Shown here: positions 36,030 to 48,960 of the stretch, one piece after another | Layout: each line of letters opens with the position of its first letter | Position numbering within the stretch: position 1 is the first letter of the stretch | Assembly (NCBI GenBank): GCA_904063045.1 | Contig: CAJFCJ010000081.1 | Coordinates: 1-51,143 of the forward strand | DNA length: 51,143 nt | Direction: 5' to 3' | Source of the DNA: Dimorphilus gyrociliatus | Lineage: Eukaryota; Animalia; Annelida | The notes under the pieces: model-generated | Seen by the model: the letters and a program-made list of their open reading frames with translations, nothing else | Databases searched by the model: none | Told to the model about the DNA's origin: nothing | Translations under genes and position numbers: made by a program

Positions 36030-36350
36030 CGCTATTGTATATACTTTTTTTGCTGAATTAGACAATTTTTTTAATACGATTCTCCAGAATTATAAACAAC
36101 AGCTCCTAATTATTATTAACAATGCAACGTTTTTTTTTATTTCATAGGCTAAATGTAGACGCATATGTTTCATTTTTAATTCTAAGCCAAGCCAATAATA
36201 CTTGTTAATAAACTGAAGCAAATTTACTGATTATCAACAGGCTGCCTATCTCCAACAATTTGAATCAATTATATGTATGTTGTCTATCACTGTATTCTAT
36301 TTTTAGCTCACAGAATTGCATAGGCCAAAAAAATAGGACAAAAAAGTTAT
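36030..36350 (+). repeat. ~320-bp dispersed repeat, second copy at ~38480-38810
   Basis: ttctccagaatta...ttctaagccaagccaata...cacagaat...ataggccaaaaaa shared, moderately diverged. Confidence 0.8.
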
Positions 36351-36559
36351 ACTATTCAAAAATTTTTAATTTTGTATAAGGCAACAGAGTTAGGGTTAGC
36401 AGTTAGATTTAGGATCTGCCAATCAGTCTTGATGATTGCAATTGATCGCTTTATTTGAAATGAATTTAAAAGCAACTAATTCTTATATATGTTTTAAAGT
36501 AAAAATTTATATATCTATATGTAAATTTAGGGCAAGCACAGCTGCGGAGCAAATGGAGG

Positions 36560-38310
36560 GCACTAGGGCTCTATGATGTACATTTTGGACGTACAATCAT
36601 TTTAAAGTTTCTTCCACCACCTTCAGTCATCTCAAAATAATTGATGTTTAAATCTCCAGGTCCGGGAGCATAATATGTTGTTCGGAGTTTGGGAGGTCTT
36701 ACTCTTTGTCCAGTAAAAATGTCAATTCGTTTCCTTCCTATGCTGGAATAAAAAAAAGAGTAGTAGTATATTAACCATATTTTAATGTTGAACTCTGATT
36801 GGGTAAGGTCGAGATATAGGTTATGATAAAGCTAATAAGGTATAGTTTATGGTTAGGGTTAAATGTTAGTAAATTGTAAGGTAGTTACCCCACTTGATTT
36901 GCTACTCCAGAATACTGAATATTGCGGTCACCTTGAGTAAATTCAAGGATATCGGCCATAGCAGTATCAAGTCCGCCATATTTCACTAGATTGAATTGGA
37001 GAAATTCAATTTCCACTTCCTAAGTGGTAAACAGATTTTTCAGTTGAATTTTCTGAATTTAGAATGCCAGCAACTACTCACCAAATTGCTCTTGGTTATA
37101 GATAGATTAACTGTACACCGAGTTTTATATCTACTCCATGGAGCTATTATTGTAAAACTTTTCGTATTACAGTCCATTTCAATATTAACTTTATTCCTTT
37201 TGCATAAAATTTGTTTATTCGTTTGAGTATCTGGTAGAAATTTTGACATTATTTAAGTTTTATTGTTAATTTGTTTCCATAGTAACACTACCATTATTTT
37301 CAGTTGTTGTTGTATTAGATTTGTTATTAGTTGACAATTCTTTACAACTGTGTTTACTGATTGTCTTTAAAGTATTAGCTTCATTTTTGGTTCTTGTATT
37401 TCCATTACACTTAAAGTTGTCATTTCTAAATTTGGCTTTCAATACAAATCCAGAATTAGAAAATTTTTTACCACTTTTAAAAAGCATGACTAATGATCCA
37501 TTGGGTTTAATTTTAAAAGTTTTATTAATTATTGGCTGATATTTTCCACTTGCAAAGAAATTATCTTTATCCATAGAATTAATAGTTGAATCTAAATGTG
37601 TAAAAGGAATTCATAATTTGAAAAGAATGTTTGCAGAAAAGAAGATATTCTTAACTGGTTAAGCCTTTTCCACAAAAATTTATTTTTTGTTTATCATCCG
37701 AAATCGTTAGATAATCGTATTTGCAATTTTTTGAATATTCAAGGTGGAATTCATCAAATGTCAATTCTATATACTATACATAAAAATAGATGATAGCAAT
37801 TATCATTAATTTATTTGAGCCCTTATTATCCATTTATAAAAAAATACAAACCCCATTAAATGTGTCCTTGACATTCATAATTATCATACAGAAATGATTA
37901 TTTGGATAATTTTTTGGATTGTTCTTTGAAGAGATGACATATCCCATAAAATTTTTACTGTCTGAATTTTGATTTAATGTAATCTGTCCTTGACATTCAA
38001 TTTGTTCTATAAGGAATATTTAGAGAGAAATGAAAATTTTTTATTGCATGGAATGGTTTATGAAGAAAGTATTAATAGAATTACCCTGTTTTGGAAATCT
38101 GTCATTGTTGACAAAACCTGATAAAAATATATAAATAAACTAAAGACAAGCACTTGAAAAAGATTCTGGTACAAACTGATTAAATTATCAATTTTTTGTG
38201 TTAAATCATTTTTCAATAATTTCATATTGTCCTTTAACAAATTGTTTGTACATTCATCACTTTTGACGCCATATTTGTATTGCGCAATCTGTTGAATGAA
38301 ATGTATTCTA
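36560..38310 (-). CDS. CUB-domain protein, multi-exon, possibly pseudogenised
   Basis: CQGQITL...GYVISSKNNPKNYPNNHFCMIIMNV (~38010-37870) and GSLVMLFKSGKKFSNSGFVL (37574-37266) are CUB N- and C-terminal motifs; the exon model is not fully resolved. Confidence 0.5.
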
Positions 38311-39084
38311 AATATATATAGAAAAAAAAACAAATACAGCAATATATTAGTATTTACCAAAATTAATAAAAAGCTTCCTTGAACAGTTTTAAACATTTCT
38401 GCTTTCATTCCTCTCTTCCAACTCTCTGTTAAAGTGAACAGGGGAAGCACTTAAGTGATTTTATAAATTATCTTTATGGCCTCTTATAGTTCTTTTTTCT
38501 TGCTGAAATACGCAATTTTTTTAATACAATTCTCCAGAATTACAAACAATAGCTCCAAATTATTTCTAATGAAGCAACCGTTTTTAATGCGTAGGCGAAA
38601 TGTAGACACCTACGCAAATGTTTCATTTTAAATTCTAAGCCAAGCCAATAGCAATTGTTAATAATTTAAGCAATTTACTTATTATCAACAGCTATCTATC
38701 TTTAAAAAATTTTATTAATTATATGTTTGTATTATCTATCATTATACTCAATTTCTAGTTCACAGAATAGTATAGGCCAAAAAAAAGATAGGATAAAAAA
38801 GTTATTTGGAAAATACAGTATTATTTTTTTCAACAGTTTTTAATTCTGTTTTGAGGTTGACAGGTTTCATCCTTTGCACACCATCTCTCAGCATAATTGA
38901 CAATTTGTCCCTTCAAACCATTGTTTAAAATACTCAGGAGTTGTATTTCTTTTAAAAGCCAAGAAATCAACAATAAACTAAGAAAATTGATGTAGTTCTA
39001 TAGAATTCAATATAGAAATTATAAAAATAGAATCAAAATGTTGATTAAATACAAAACAAAAAACAAAAATATTTTCAATTTAGT

Positions 39085-40150
39085 TTAAAAATTTCTACTT
39101 TCTTTAGCAAAAAACTCTAAAACATGTCTGTTCTTGTTTGTCATATTCCAATTTTTCATATACGGTCCAGTTATAATTGAACCAAAATCATTTTCATCAT
39201 CAGTTAGACCAAAAAGTTCAACATTTGATGGTTTAATTGTATCAAATTCTGACCAATTAATTTTATGCAATGGATTTTGACTATCTCGCATAAGAATACC
39301 TGGTTTCTTATTACAAAATCCTAGTTTTTCTTTTGATGATTGCCAACGTACATCCATTGACCAGCGAATTTCATTAGATAAATTATTTGTGCTTGTGTGT
39401 GGAAGCATATTGTTAAATAATAAAATACTTCCTTTTCGCATTTCACAAAGAACAACATCCTTTTCCATATCTGCTCCCAAAGTTCTTTCTATCTCAGACT
39501 CTGTTAATACAAGATATGGAGTATCTTTGTAACAGCCTTCGTGACAGGCTACTTTTCCTTTTTACTACTTTCATACATGAATTTGTTTCATTAACATCAA
39601 TAAATGGTATCCAACCAGTTATTTGTAAGACTTTGCAGGCTTCCATGTCAAGATATGCACTGTCTTGATGCCATGGATCATTTGCTTGATTATTTGGTAT
39701 CTTGGTACGAAACAAGTAATTTGGATGACCTTGAATATCAGGACCAAGCAACTGTTCAAGGGCATCAAGTAAACGTTCATTTGACCACAAGTTTCTAAAT
39801 TCTATTGGAAAACCACCAAATTTATAAGCAATGACAGGGGCGTCAGGATATTCTTTTGCCAAATATGTCAAACGTTCATGAGAACCTTTATCTTCATGCT
39901 TATTTGTGATTTTCCCTGCTTTATATAGAATACTTGCACAATTCTCTACAATACAATCCATAGCCTTTAAACAAGGATTAATATCATTTTCAATATCGAA
40001 AAAATCCTCTATCACCAAATAACCTTCCCTAAAAAAGAAATCAACTTGTTCTTTTGACAATGGACCTTGTTCTTTTGCATCTTTTGGTGGTACAGTAAAT
40101 ATTTCAGGATGACATTCTCCAGAAAAGCCATTTGATCTTGAATCACTCAT
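39085..40150 (-). pseudogene. Intronless phytanoyl-CoA dioxygenase (PhyH) family 2OG-Fe(II) oxygenase with one frameshift
   Basis: FFREGYLVIEDF, PWHQDSAY (HxD), GWIPFIDV, LPHTSTNNLSNEIRWSMDVRWQ (distal His, Arg). The frame switches near 39560 (VVK/GKVACHEGC...LG ADMEKDVV). Confidence 0.8.
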
Positions 40151-40754
40151 ATCTCAATTTTAAATTATCAAGTTGATCATAAACTGAAGCTGACTACCAA
40201 ATGGCAATGTTTTTTTCAAAATTTTCAACTTATTGCCTTTATATGTTAATAATGAGATAATAAATATCTTGACAGAGATTTTCACTTCAATTAAATTTAA
40301 ACACCGATAGAGAAAAATTTGATAAGGCAGCCAATTTCAGAGATTATTAACAGTTTTATTCATTTAGTAAATTCATATTTCAATAAATATCAAAAATTCA
40401 ATTAACAATTCGGCCTTTTTAATAAAAGACCCAATGATAATCTTAATGAGAAGCTTTCGGATAAATAGAGAGAGCTTAGATGTATATATATAATTAATTA
40501 AAAATGATAATTTCAATTATCAGATTAAATGTGATCAAAGTATTAAATAATTGTCAAATTTAAGGTGTTTGGTGTCTTGAAAAAAAAAACTAGTCTCAGT
40601 TTTCAACCTCTTTGACAATCTTCAAACTTTGTACAATCAAACAAGTTGTACAAAGTTCTTGTAAACGAATATACAATAGAAAATTATGAAATTAGAGATA
40701 CATTCTCCAATCAGGGATTATAGAGTTTTGGGTAGGTGTAATTTTTCCCGGATA

Positions 40755-40950
40755 TGGTAGAAAACGGCCATAAATCTATGGTTTTACCCTAACCCTAACC
40801 CAGCCCTTGTTTTTGCCTAACCTTTTTGAATACCCCTAACCCTTAGATGGGACCCTCCTAAGAACATATCAACAGTTATCTTATTCCTCCTAACCATTTC
40901 CCAGGCTGAAATCTAACTTTCAAATATTTCATTTATGGCCGTTTTCGACC
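40755..40950 (+). mobile_element. HINE-like telomeric-motif element
   Basis: IR gaaaacggccataaat / atttatggccgttttc enclosing accctaaccctaacccagccct. Confidence 0.65.
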
Positions 40951-41010
40951 GGTCCCGTTTTTCCCAATACTCCTCAATGAAGGAGACCGAACACTGAAGA
41001 CACAGAAATT

Positions 41011-42390
41011 GGGGTGCAAACGTACCAGTGTGCAAATATACATGAGTGCAAACGTACCCCACTGTGCGAATGTTTTCTGTTTTTCTGTGTTCTAGTGGCT
41101 TTTGTTTTAGTTCTGAATTACTTTGGATGGTGGTTGTTTCTTTTCCTGCCAGTTCTTTTTCGTTTTCGGAAACAAGCTCAATTAGAGCAAGTCTTATACT
41201 CTTCCATTTTGGATACTAGTTTGGTAATTTGACAACCTGTTACTACAAACTATCTATTCTACTATTGAACTTTTATATTATTACTTGCTTAAGTATTATT
41301 TTGAATAAACCATTTGAATGAAAGATTTATTTTAATGGTTTGAGTAGAACCAGTACTATTTTAAATTGTCCAAAGCAGAGCAGTACATCATTTTTAATGT
41401 CAAATATTTTTTTTAAGAATATTTGATTATTGTCTTATCTGTTGATTAAAGGCATCACATATGAATTTAAAACTTATTGGTGTTGCTTAAAAAAGTCTTT
41501 TTGGAACCAATCAAATCTAAATATAAACTGTATAAACACTTTTATCATAGAAAGAGTTCAAAAAGTAAGTACATCAATTCTGTTGGTTTTCTATTAAAAA
41601 CTCTGACTTGTAAAATAGATGAAAGCTTTTGCAATGATTGCTTCAATGTAAAAAAACCTGTTATCAAGATAAGAAGACTGGAAGAAAAGAGAAAACAATG
41701 TAACTCTTACAAAATGTAAAATGACAATCTTGTTTTGGTTAATGAAACTTTTGGAGAAGATAATTTAACAGAAGAAAATCAGGTGAAAATTCAATATTTA
41801 TATCATTCTTTTTAATAACTCTTTAATTTTTTCGGCTAAGATTATCATTTGATTTTGAAAATGATGTAACTGACTCTTCATTTGTTAATGAACAAAGTGT
41901 TGACAAGGAGAAAAACCAGTAGACATTTGTCATGAAGTATCTTTAGATCAAATCAAAGAATTGAGTTTCAGTGATATGTATGATAATAATTTTCAAATTA
42001 TAGAAAAAGGAAGCATAAAAGGAAATGATATTTTATTACATAGGAATTTTTCATATTCAATTAAAAAGATTACAAGTACCTCAACAACTTAGACATGCAC
42101 ACAAATTTTTACTTTTGATTAATGGGATCAGTTTGAAGAAAGAGAAACCAGTCTAGAAAATCTTTAAGATCAATTAGTTACATTATATGTGTAAAATATC
42201 TGTTTTAGTACACTTTGTTCTCTGTAATTTGTCATTATCAGTTAACAATATTTGCAATAAATATTTAACACAGTCAATATGTTTTTAACAAAACAAAGCT
42301 AATGTCCAAAAATGTAAGATTAAATTGATATCCAAATGGACAAAATGTCCATACAAAAGGGACGAAATGTCCTGTAATCGTTTGATTTAT
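41011..42390 (+). mobile_element. Degraded MULE-like element (FLYWCH-like remnant)
   Basis: Left end ggggtgcaaacgtacc resembles the MULE TIR of 45238-46550; remnant EKGSIKGNDILLHRNFSYSIKKITSTSTT*TC near 42000-42100; right boundary uncertain. Confidence 0.4.
41190..41387 (+). mobile_element. 3' part of solo-LTR family (ends gcagtaca)
   Basis: Matches 47100-47258 and the reverse complement of 49300-49500; contains AATAAA at ~41306. Confidence 0.75.
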
Positions 42391-43266
42391 GAAGATAAGA
42401 GTAATGATTTTTTTTTTAATATTTAAATATTAATATTCTTTATTGTATTAAATGAGAGCAGTGCCGCGGTAAATTATGCTGATATGGTAAAAGAGTATGT
42501 TCACAATTCGTTTGTTTTTTTTTTGACAAGGAAGTTGAAACAATTGTCTGCTAAGTCAAAATTGTTCAAAATTCAAATGTTCTAAGAATCATTTAGACAA
42601 AAAACAAAAGATAAAAGTCAAAAGATAAAAGAAACTAAAAAAAATAGAACATATCTTATTAAATGACTTTTTTAAATTAGTGTTTTTTAAAATAATATAG
42701 AGATTTTGCAGATGTGTTTTACTTGAACATTAGTTGAATTATAAATAAGATATTCATTCAAGTTCCACTAGACCAATAACGCCAATAAATATGCCTAGAG
42801 TTCATTGACTTATTGTCTGACGAGGTGCATGTTTTATGATTGTTTAAAAATTTTGCATACATATTTCATGATATTTCTATTTTCCAATTATAAAAAAAAA
42901 GAATAAATAAAAATTGTCAAATAAGGTATGATAATATAACAATTCCCTTCAAAAATGAAATCATAGCAACTCAATTTGTAATAAATAAAAAACTTATATA
43001 ATCAAAAATGTTGTTGTCAAGTGGGTAGTGAATATCTCTTCAGAAGAAAACACATTCATAAGTTGTTACGCCTATGTCTCTACTACAAGTGGGCGTTCTT
43101 TTTTCATATGTTAATTGTTTCTTTCTCAGCTGATAAATAGAATTCTTGGAATAATTGAACTAATGATCTTCAAAAAAATATACAAGGGTAAAAAGTATAT
43201 ATTCCTTGATTTAGTTTAAGAGAACTCAGATTGCTTCAAATGGAGGAAAAACATTTCACTCCACTA

Positions 43267-45201
43267 ATGGATTACAGGATATTTTTATTTATTGCCTGGT
43301 GTTTTACAAGTAATTCTACAAAAATTAAACATTATCTCTCATCTTATTGATAAAACAGAGATTTCTTTTTTTAGATATTAACTTAGTTTTTGTATCAAAG
43401 AATGAAATTTTTAATTGCAAACCAGGGATAGGATACAATCTTGTGGAGTTTGTCAAAGTGGTACAATTCATTCTGTTGATAGATTGAGCTGTTACAGTTA
43501 GTTTCTTCTTTCCATTTTTAAAAGAGTTATAAAATTAAATTTTATTCAAGAATGTCCTGATTTTTGTGCACTTGGATTCTGTAAATTAAAATCTGATACA
43601 AGTAATCCAGCTGATGCAACTCTCTGTGAAAAATGCATTGACAGTTATTTTATGAAAGAAGGAAAATGCCATAGTAAATTTTTTTATAAGAATTTTTTAG
43701 CCTAATTTAGATTTTACTTCTAATAACATTTAAAAATTGTTGTAGAATGTTTACCTGGCTGCAAAAAGTGTGAAGATTGTTTAACAAATTTTGCTATAAG
43801 AAGAAAGTCAAATGATTGTGTTAGCTGCCCTTACAATTGTCAAAAATGCAGTTGGCTAACAACTACCCTTAATGTACAATGTGAAATCTGCAAAGCAGGA
43901 TATACTGTCAAAAATCAGAACTGTTTAGGTAAGTTCTCAAGTAATATTAGCATTCACTCAGTTTTGTTTAAAACTTTTATTTTTCAAATTAAGCATGTGG
44001 ATCATTCTGTAAATCTTGTAGATACCATAAAGGTAGAGGAATTACTTGCAACACCTGTAATAGCAATGCTTATATGGAAACTAATAACAATATAACAACA
44101 TGTAAATTATGTTCTTCATCAAATACTGGCTGCTCAAAATGTTCCAATAAAGATACTTGTACTGAATGCATCTCTAAGTCCTATGCCCTGACAACATCTA
44201 AAAAGTGTATAAAGTGCAGCTCCATCCACTCTGCCTGCTTAGAATGTGAAGCACACAGTAATACTAATATATGCACAAAATGTGACCTTGGCTATTATAT
44301 GAAAGATGATTCATGCTCCCCCTGTCCAAGAAATTGCCATTCTTGTCTGGAAACTAGTAATGGTTTAAAATGTTCAAAGTGTATGGCTGAGTATACAGTT
44401 CTTGCCAGTAATGCATGTGACAAATGCCCTGATAACTGCTTGGAGTGTCAAGTCTCTTCAGGCAATGTCATTTGTAGAGCTGACAAATGCAAACCAAAAT
44501 ATACTAGAAACTCAAACAATCTTTGTTCAAAGTGTCCTGATAATTGTAATGAATGCACTTGGAATTCTACCAACTTTAGGACAGAATGTACTGGAGCAAA
44601 TTCTGTTCATTCTTGTACTGAAAAAGAGAATGGAAAATCATGGACACGAAGGAGTGATGGATCTTGTGCAGGTATGCAAGCATAGGCCAGATTTTATTTC
44701 AAATATTTTAATGTCTGCAATACCACTCTTATAGCTTGCCCCAATAATTGTGATAAATGCTACTTTGAAAATAATTCAGCAGCAACTCCAATTTGCTATG
44801 TTTCTATGTGTCAAAAAAAATATACATATGATGATACAAGTGGTCTTTGTGTTCCATGTCCAGTTGGCTGTGATTACTGTAAGAAAAGGATGTCAAGGTT
44901 AACATGTCTGGAATGTAGTGAAGGGTTTGCTTCCAATTATGGAAATTCATCTACCATTTTAGAATCTTGTGTGGCTTGTTCAATTGAAAACTGTAACTAT
45001 TGTGAGGTTGTATCCAATGAGATAAAATGTATGAGATCACCATGCATAAATTCTGCAACCACAAAGTTCTCTTTTGCAACTGGAACCTGTGAAAATCTCC
45101 CTGTCAGTGATACATCATTTAGCACTATTTCTGAAGAGAGCGATCTATTCTCTGATTATGTATTTTTTGATTATGATACTGTTCATGAGTATGCTGAGTA
45201 A
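43267..45201 (+). CDS. Secreted furin-like/growth-factor-receptor Cys-rich (CxxC) repeat protein, multi-exon; one apparent frameshift in exon 2
   Basis: ATG 43267 MDYRIFLFIAWCF; exons starting ~43380, 43551, 43747, 43995 and 44735 joined by GT-AG introns, all CxxC repeats (CPDFC, CPYNCQKC, CPRNCHSC, CPDNCLEC). The frame shifts after CKPGIG (~43435). Confidence 0.7.
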
Positions 45202-45237
45202 AACGTTTCAGGGAACACCGATAATATGCTTTGGTGA

Positions 45238-46550
45238 CAGGTGAAACCGTGCCCGGGTGAAATCGTACCCATTGAGGGTGAAATCGTACCCATTGTGGGT
45301 GAAATCGTACCCAGGTGAAATCGTACCCATTGGTGGTGAATCTCTTGCTGTGACCAAGTAAAACTGTTATTGTTGATTCATATAGAAATGAAAAAAATAT
45401 GATAATGTATGTATTGAAGAGGTATTATACTATAAGTTAACTAAAGAAAAGAATAGATAATAGCAACTATGGAGTATAAATATAAGATGTCTGGATTAAT
45501 AATTCATCAGCTAATATCCTTCCAAGCTTATAATCATCCCAGATTTCAAATATTTTCTTCTCTATATCACCATATTTTTTCTCTGATATTTGATAATCTT
45601 CTTCTCAGAGAGAAGTTTTTCATAAATACAAACCAAATCAGCCTCTCTTTTCAATTCATCAATCAACAAATAGAATGATCCTTTTGATTGTACTTTATTA
45701 TTCATTCTATTGGGCCATCCTTCCATACTATTATTAGTCCTTATTGATAATCCAAATATTGACCAATTCAATGGTTTCCAAGTAGAATTCAAAATCCAAG
45801 TATTTTCATAATTTTCCAGCAAGTCTGAAAATTTTCTCTTTTCTTCCAGCTGACTCTTCAAGCTAAAAAATGTAGGAGTAATAATATCTGCAGGCAGAAA
45901 AGGTAAAGCCATCAACTTCCTCAGGTCTCTCCAGTCCTCTCCTTTCTCCATATATCTGTTGTCTCTTCATCAATCTTTTCATCTTCATTCTCATCCATTG
46001 CAACTCTTTCTTTCATTCCTTGATCTTCTAGTCTTGTCATTTGAAGAAGACACTGTCTTTTTTCACAATCCAGACAAACTGACAGCCTGGAATCTGAAAG
46101 GAAGTAATTGTATATTTACAATTGACCAGATGAATTACAAAATTCTTACTGATGATACATTTTTCATGAAGAAGCTCATTACATAGCAAACAGAATTTTC
46201 TCTTCTGTCTTCCATAAACTGTAAGTTTGCAATTTTTGCACTTGATTGCCACATTTCAAAATGTGCAGATTTGAAATGTTTAATTTATTATTTTAAAAGC
46301 AGCAGAAAACTTTGAAACAAATATTTATAATACTATTTCAAGATTCTCTTATCAAGTAATCAACAAACAAATTCAAAATGGCTGACCTGAAAAAAACTGG
46401 TACTTGTATATCACATATTTGTTAAAACAAATAAATTAATTATTTCATATTTTGATTTTCTCATGTTGACAGTTAAAATTTCATCCAGGTACGATTTCAC
46501 CCACAATGGGTACGATTTCACCCTCAATGGGTACGGTTTCACCCCTATTC
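45238..46550 (-). mobile_element. Internally deleted MULE (Mutator-like) element with PHD-like finger and subterminal tandem repeats
   Basis: ~65-bp inverted arrays of gggtgaaatcgtacccatt at both ends; ORF 45562-45951 has the MULE C-terminal motif LMALPFLP...RTNNSMEGW; ORF 46037-46252 has CxxC...CxxCx4HxxC. Confidence 0.8.
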
Positions 46551-46772
46551 ATTCAGCCTTATCCTATGTAGTCTCTTCCCCAATCTCTTCAGCATCTCTA
46601 CATATTGTATGGGGTTTCAGGAGATTTCGTTCATTTTCTGGAAATTTCATCCATTTTTTTACAGATTTTTTACAGATATAATGCTTCAATTAATAAATTT
46701 TTAACTACTTCGTTGTTTTGAAATTCATATATATTAAAATAAATAAAATATCAAATTTCATTAGAAATATAT

Positions 46773-47258
46773 TGTACAACTTTCAATATATTTGATGCTT
46801 TTATCAATGATACAATAAAAACCACTTTTCCATGTACTTATTCAAAAACCTAGGCCAGAAATACAATCACCTTTTGGCCAAACTCAGACCTTGCCTTGTC
46901 ATACTTAAAGTTCATCTTTAAGTGCCACTTAGGGTTTGGCCAAGTTGTGATTGATGAGCTGGTCTAAGGATGGGACAAACTATGATTAATTAGTTTCTCA
47001 AGTGTTCATTTTTGTAACATATTACTCCTAAGGTTAAATATAAACTAGTTTTGTGATTGGACAACCCTACTGGGACAAGTCTTCTATTTCTTCAACAATG
47101 GACACTAGTTTGGTAATTTGGAGACCTGCTATTACGAACTATCTACTCTGCTATTGAACTTTTCTATTGTTACGAGCTTAAGTATTTTCTGTTAAAAGGT
47201 TAGAGTAGAACCAGTACTGTTGTAACTTGCAAATGCATAAATTTGCAAGAGCAGTGCA
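46773..47258 (+). mobile_element. Solo-LTR family copy (TGTAC...GTGCA) at an ATAT/ATAG site
   Basis: Homologous to the reverse complement of 49300-49934; flanks atat / atag. Confidence 0.75.
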
Positions 47259-47399
47259 ATAGCAACCAATTGCTTCTCTCTCATTAGTATTCTCTTGTGA
47301 GCTAAACTGGTATGGCAGTTAATCCTCATGCATTTACTTGGTCAACATATATATATATATTGTATATATATTATGTTTCAACTAAAAGTATGCTTGCCA

Positions 47400-47640
47400 T
47401 GAATTTGCTTCTTCTTTGCAAAACTTAAGATGCTCAGTGTCCTTTTTTCTTCTTTTTAGTAATGCTAGAGGTTAATTTTCTGAACATAACTGCTACTCTT
47501 CCCTTATTTAAGATTATGGGATAGCGCACCTTTATTTTTCTGTATTCCAGCTCCTCAATCATCTTCCCAACAGCCTCTTGGCAAATCTCCATTTTTTTGG
47601 CAATTACTCGCTGAGATATGATTCAATCTTTCCTGATGAA
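47400..47640 (-). mobile_element. Mariner transposase HTH remnant
   Basis: IRKD*IISQRVIAKKMEICQEAVGKMIEELEYRKIKVRYP matches the second mariner HTH pattern. Confidence 0.55.
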
Positions 47641-48197
47641 TTATTTTGACTTAATATTACTACTCTAAAACCTAACAAATAATAAATTGCTAAGCGCCAT
47701 CTAGCGTATTCTTTTAGAAAAACTTTAAAGGCTATTGTTAATCATTCAGTCATTCTTTCAAAATAGTGCTAAGTTCATTCTTCGCTGTATCCTTTACAAC
47801 AATATCTTCTTTTAACTGTCTGAATGTTCATTGAAAAATTCCTATCTATCATGTAACAGTAATTTATTGGTTGTACACAAATTATTCAAATTACATAAAA
47901 AATTTTCTAGCAAAAGCAATCAATAGATTGGTGAACCGGAAATAAAACATTTTAAATTGAAATTTAAAGTAAGTATGTTAATTTAGAGACAATTGTCTAT
48001 GGAACAAAGCTTAAAGACGCTGCCATTGTTGTATTTACAACAATTGAAAGGAATCGCATTGGATATACGAAAGGTTTAGAAATTAGGGATAAATGGGAGA
48101 ATTTCATCAATGAACAAGTAAATTTTGTCATTATTAAGAGATAGAGACGGGAAAATAAAAAGAAAAAAAACTTTATATACTTTTTTACTAGAGATTA

Positions 48198-48548
48198 TTG
48201 GCTGTTGATTATATTGTGCATTTAGCCGAGGGTTATTCGAGGTCAGTTTATGGGTCACGAGAAGAAAGAGTAAAAGATATGTTGACTCAAGTTGGCATTT
48301 CAGTTCTTCCTGGAGCTATAACACTTGGAGCCTCTTTTTTCTTACTATTAGAAGATCTGCTGTTTTTTGTAGAATTTGGGGCTTTTATGTTTGCTACCAT
48401 TGGCTTTTCAATTTTGTGGGCTTTGGGATTTTTCTCAACAATTTTGGCTATGTTCGGACCTCAGAATAGTTTTGGATCATTGAAATCATTAAATTTGTGG
48501 ATTGGAAAAAAATTTAAAGGTAAACAGTACGCAATTAGTGCCAAGTAA
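48198..48548 (+). pseudogene. Orphan C-terminal exon of a Dispatched/Patched-family (RND) protein
   Basis: LAVDYIVHLAEGY...REERVKDMLTQVGISVLPGAIT...FFVEFGAFMF...FFSTILAMFGP; no upstream exons recognisable in the window. Confidence 0.7.
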
Positions 48549-48960
48549 ATTACGGATAGATGTCTCAAAAGACATGTTCTTTACTTTTTGATACTACTGC
48601 AATTGCTGATATACTTGATGCTTTTGCTTTTCAATATATAAGGTAAAAATATTATTATTCGTCAAGCTTTTTAAAATGTCATTAGAGGAAAAGAGAAAGA
48701 GAGAGAGAGAGAAAGAATATATTTTTTCCAGTGAATAATATAGGTGAAAGTCAAAACTAGTGTTCAATTATGCTGGGGATTTGTTTGTTAATGATTGAAA
48801 AATGTGGAAAATACAATCTAATATCTTAGTTTCATATCCCAAGTGTAACCTTTAGATGACAACTGCCTTATTCTTCCAAGCCATTTTCAACACAAAATCA
48901 ATCAAATCATTCAAAAGTCTTTTTAGCAGACGTTTTCTGTCGAATCATCCTACTTGTTAA

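Noticed and set aside
45254-45335. Tandem ~22-bp repeats resembling a CRISPR array
   Set aside because: No unique spacers, mirrored as an inverted array at 46485-46545, eukaryotic context; these are MULE subterminal repeats.
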